A stretch of DNA of 64,000 nucleotides from an uncultured Nitrososphaerota archaeon (GTDB taxonomy: Archaea > Thermoproteota > Nitrososphaeria > Nitrososphaerales > Nitrosopumilaceae): assembly GCA_963701075.1 (NCBI GenBank), contig OY969559.1, positions 512,001 through 576,000 of the forward strand, in the 5' to 3' direction. Of this stretch, positions 61,281 through 64,000 are shown one piece after another. Positions within the stretch are counted from its first letter, which is position 1; each line of letters starts with the position of its first letter. The notes beneath the pieces were generated by a model. It had not been told where the DNA came from and did no database searches. It was given only the letters and a program-made list of their open reading frames with translations. The translations under genes and the position numbers were made by a program.

Positions 61281-61923
61281 ATGCAAATAGAATTAGATCA
61301 AAAGAAAATAGCAAGAAGCGGAGGAAGCACCGTATTGTACCTATCTAATGATGCTAAAAAATACATTCACGAAGGTGACCTTGTAGATTATCAAGTAATT
61401 CTAGACGATAACGTAGTAAAGATATTCATAACAAAAAAGCTGTTCAATTTTACTCTTGAAGATATCAAGAATCTCGTAAAAAAACATGAATTTGAAATAG
61501 AATATGATAAAACACTAGATCATATTCTGGTATTTAACGCAATAAAAAATCATCTTTCATTAAGACTATACTAAGAATGTTAATGAAAAAATATCTCCAG
61601 CAAATATTGCACTTTCTTTAACATGGCCTGACGTGAATGATTATGAAAAATACAAACATGTAACAGAACAGATAGATCAATTAAAAAATAAATACGATTT
61701 GATTACAAGAACTGAAGGAGATTTGGATGTGATTAACATACTGAAAGAACCATCTAGATATAAAGTGGACATAGTAGAGGCATTAAAACTACTTAAGAAA
61801 GCTGGCAAGAAAATAGGCTTATCAGCTGTAATTCGATTTGATGATGGAAAAGACGATCTTAATCGTATATCTAGTGCCCTCAACGAATTAATGACCTTAG
61901 ATTCCAAGATCTCTTTTCAATAA
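61281..61923 (+). CDS. AbrB-like N-terminal domain protein (+1 frameshift at 61565)
   Basis: KKIARSGGSTVLYL…EGDLV; removing A61565 fuses ORFs 61215-61574 and 61633-61923. Confidence 0.62.
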
Positions 61924-62511
61924 GTGTGCTAGCCGTAACATTATAGGTGTAACCGTAGGTTTTCTATCTAGACCGCTTATTTCTGCTTCAATGATAGTGT
62001 CAGATGAAATAATTTTCTCATCCCCATTAAGTTTAGAAACTATTATCACTACAACACGAACTCCAATTTTTTTAAAGAATTGCTTCCATTCATCAATCTT
62101 TTCAGTTTCATCTTCTTTACACACTATTATTCCATGTGTAGCCACTTTGAAAATCATCTCTGATTCTTTTGATATACGACCTGGGCCATCGCCAATTGCA
62201 ATAACATGACTTTGAGAAAGACTCTTAAATTCTTGAACCGCGGTTGTTACCTCTTTTGTTGTAACATTCGTTCGTTTACGGGAATCTCTATCTTCTTTTG
62301 TCATATTGCCAATGATAAATTCAATTGTTTGAGACCATAAATCCAATTCTTTGTGATCTGCATCTACGGCTATATCTTGTAAGGCTCTTGTAATACGTAC
62401 CGCAAATGTACTTTTTCCAGAATTGGGTGGACCACCAATAATGATTCTAATTGAGGATTTTTTCTCTATGCCTAGCTCTTTTCTGTGTTTGTGATGACTC
62501 ATCTTAACCAC
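61897..62511 (-). CDS. P-loop NTPase
   Basis: IIIGGPPNSGKST Walker A; IAIGDGPG Walker B-like. Confidence 0.8.
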   Translation of the reverse strand: MVKMSHHKHRKELGIEKKSSIRIIIGGPPNSGKSTFAVRITRALQDIAVDADHKELDLWSQTIEFIIGNMTKEDRDSRKRTNVTTKEVTTAVQEFKSLSQSHVIAIGDGPGRISKESEMIFKVATHGIIVCKEDETEKIDEWKQFFKKIGVRVVVIIVSKLNGDEKIISSDTIIEAEISGLDRKPTVTPIMLRLAHLLKRDLGI

Positions 62512-62512
62512 A

Positions 62513-63607
62513 ATGAGTGTAGTAATCCTTTATATATTAGGTTTTAATGCCTATAGCATGGCTGTTAGGGCCAATTCACGCACACGAAAGATGGAAATTC
62601 TGCAATTTACCTTACTTGCATCTGAACTAGTTTGGCGGGGGCGAACTCCATTTTTTGCCATAAATTCCAACAGATTTGGTAAACCATGGGAAGTTGAAAT
62701 AAACTATGGCCACGGTGAAGTAAAAGATATCCGAAAAAGAACAGAAAACGGTCCAAGCCGAAAGATCTTCCGGCAGTACCTTCCAGAACTACTCAAAGAG
62801 CGACTACTTACTAGAATAATTACAAAAGATAAAAAATCAAAATATTATTCAATTACTCCTCTTGGAATCATACATTTAATAAAATCTGAAATGTTTTTTG
62901 ATGGCGTCAGATATCCTCATCCTGAACGTAATTATGTATTATTGAGACTGGAAACATTTGCTGAACAAAATGTAAAGCCCTATAAGAGTATAATTTTTGA
63001 AAATGAGAAATTTTTCAAGTCTGATATCGATTTATTGAATGATATGTGGAAATCTCATCTTATTAGTCTTAGAGAAGAAATAACGCATGTTTTTACAAAC
63101 GTTGACATAATACAAGAACAAATGAATACAGAATATGAGTGGAATCACATGGAATACTATATTACAAATGGATATTCTGACGGAAATAGAATAAGATTAG
63201 CAAGCTTTGATTTAGAAAATAATAACTATGTAAAAATAACAGAATTAAATCAACTTCCTTCAGTAAGAGGCAGTGATTCTTCTGAACGTGAAGATAACGC
63301 TTTGATCCTAGATTCAGATCAGTTTAATCATTATCTGGCAAATCTTATGCTTTGTTCATTAATTTACGATAGTATAATGGCACACTATGATATAGCTAGA
63401 TATAGAAAAGTAAAGTGGGGTAGGAAAAAAGAATCAACAAAGACCATGGATGAGGAATTCAAAGAAGATCTGAAAAATATCCCGGAATATTTTTTGCGAA
63501 TACTCTTCTTATTTAGTAAACATATTTTACGCATAACGCAAGACCAATATCAATTAACAGTCAGATTTAGTGATAATTTGACTAAAACTCAATTCATAAA
63601 AAACTGA
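62513..63607 (+). CDS. Hypothetical protein with possible N-terminal winged helix
   Basis: LPELLKERLL…YYSITPLGIIHL; start uncertain. Confidence 0.55.
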   Translation: MSVVILYILGFNAYSMAVRANSRTRKMEILQFTLLASELVWRGRTPFFAINSNRFGKPWEVEINYGHGEVKDIRKRTENGPSRKIFRQYLPELLKERLLTRIITKDKKSKYYSITPLGIIHLIKSEMFFDGVRYPHPERNYVLLRLETFAEQNVKPYKSIIFENEKFFKSDIDLLNDMWKSHLISLREEITHVFTNVDIIQEQMNTEYEWNHMEYYITNGYSDGNRIRLASFDLENNNYVKITELNQLPSVRGSDSSEREDNALILDSDQFNHYLANLMLCSLIYDSIMAHYDIARYRKVKWGRKKESTKTMDEEFKEDLKNIPEYFLRILFLFSKHILRITQDQYQLTVRFSDNLTKTQFIKN

Positions 63608-63625
63608 TTAGTATATCATGATTCC

Positions 63626-63772
63626 ATGATCGGTATACTTCCTTATTTTTACTTAAGGAAGAGCGACAGAAATCGAGCTAAAAAATGTTTGATATTAGGA
63701 ATTGTTGCTATTCCTGTCTCGTTTGTGGTTGGATTGTTCGCTATTGTAGCGAGTATTTTGATCAATCATTGA
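63626..63772 (+). CDS. Small membrane protein (48 aa)
   Basis: MIGILPYFYLRKSDRNRAKKCLILGIVAIPVSFVVGLFAIVASILINH; not in the ORF track. Confidence 0.45.
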   Translation: MIGILPYFYLRKSDRNRAKKCLILGIVAIPVSFVVGLFAIVASILINH

Positions 63773-64000
63773 CCCATACTCAAAGCCCACTTGGACTAGA
63801 ATATCTGATCTAAAATTTATAACTATAATTTAGCTGGTTTGTAATTGTTTATAATCAATTAGTAATTTAGTTATCAAGGTGTACCATAACTACTCTTTAC
63901 TAACTGTCAAAAAATTATTTAGTCTTCATAATAATCACTGTGCATTTCTTGGATGTAAGCAGGAATTAATTACAACAGACAAGAAAATCAATGTTTCAGA

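Larger units (their letters stand above)
52729..64000. mobile_element. Integrated plasmid/provirus-like element (right end not seen)
   Basis: Abrupt end of core genes after rpl44e; tyrosine integrase, small regulators, Rep-like gene, repeat array and AT-rich defence-like cargo. No att site identified. Confidence 0.75.

Overview
Archaeal chromosomal DNA from a Nitrososphaerota (Thaumarchaeota) ammonia-oxidiser-like organism. The Thermoplasmatales-like ATPase gene order C-F-A-B-D-H-I suggests an acidophilic Nitrosotalea-like lineage (inference). Positions 1-52.7 kb are mostly core genes: ATP synthase, pyrBI, thiolase/DUF35, an HTH-ATP-cone-NrdD-like gene next to nrdJ, tRNA-Gly, riboflavin and cobalamin clusters, and translation/transcription genes. 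A small accessory patch at 8.7-19 kb holds a ClpP-like gene, a CC1-like chromatin gene, a NikR-family regulator with a Zn/Mn ABC transporter, a duplicated regulator/promoter relic, and secreted proteins. From 52.7 kb to the window end lies an integrated mobile element. It encodes a tyrosine integrase, HTH/RHH regulators, a Rep_trans-like protein, AbrB-like genes and defence-like cargo (HEPN, Schlafen/AlbA_2, P-loop NTPase). The most unusual signal is an array at 56.15-56.63 kb: an invariant core TTTAGGCACGT flanked in each unit by three arms whose sequence differs between units but co-varies to keep base pairing, overlapping repeated MKF-starting micro-ORFs. Second, seven frameshifts are all single-base insertions in or next to AGCT, probably a basecalling footprint of AGCT methylation rather than real pseudogenes. 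All calls are from reading the sequence; no searches were run.
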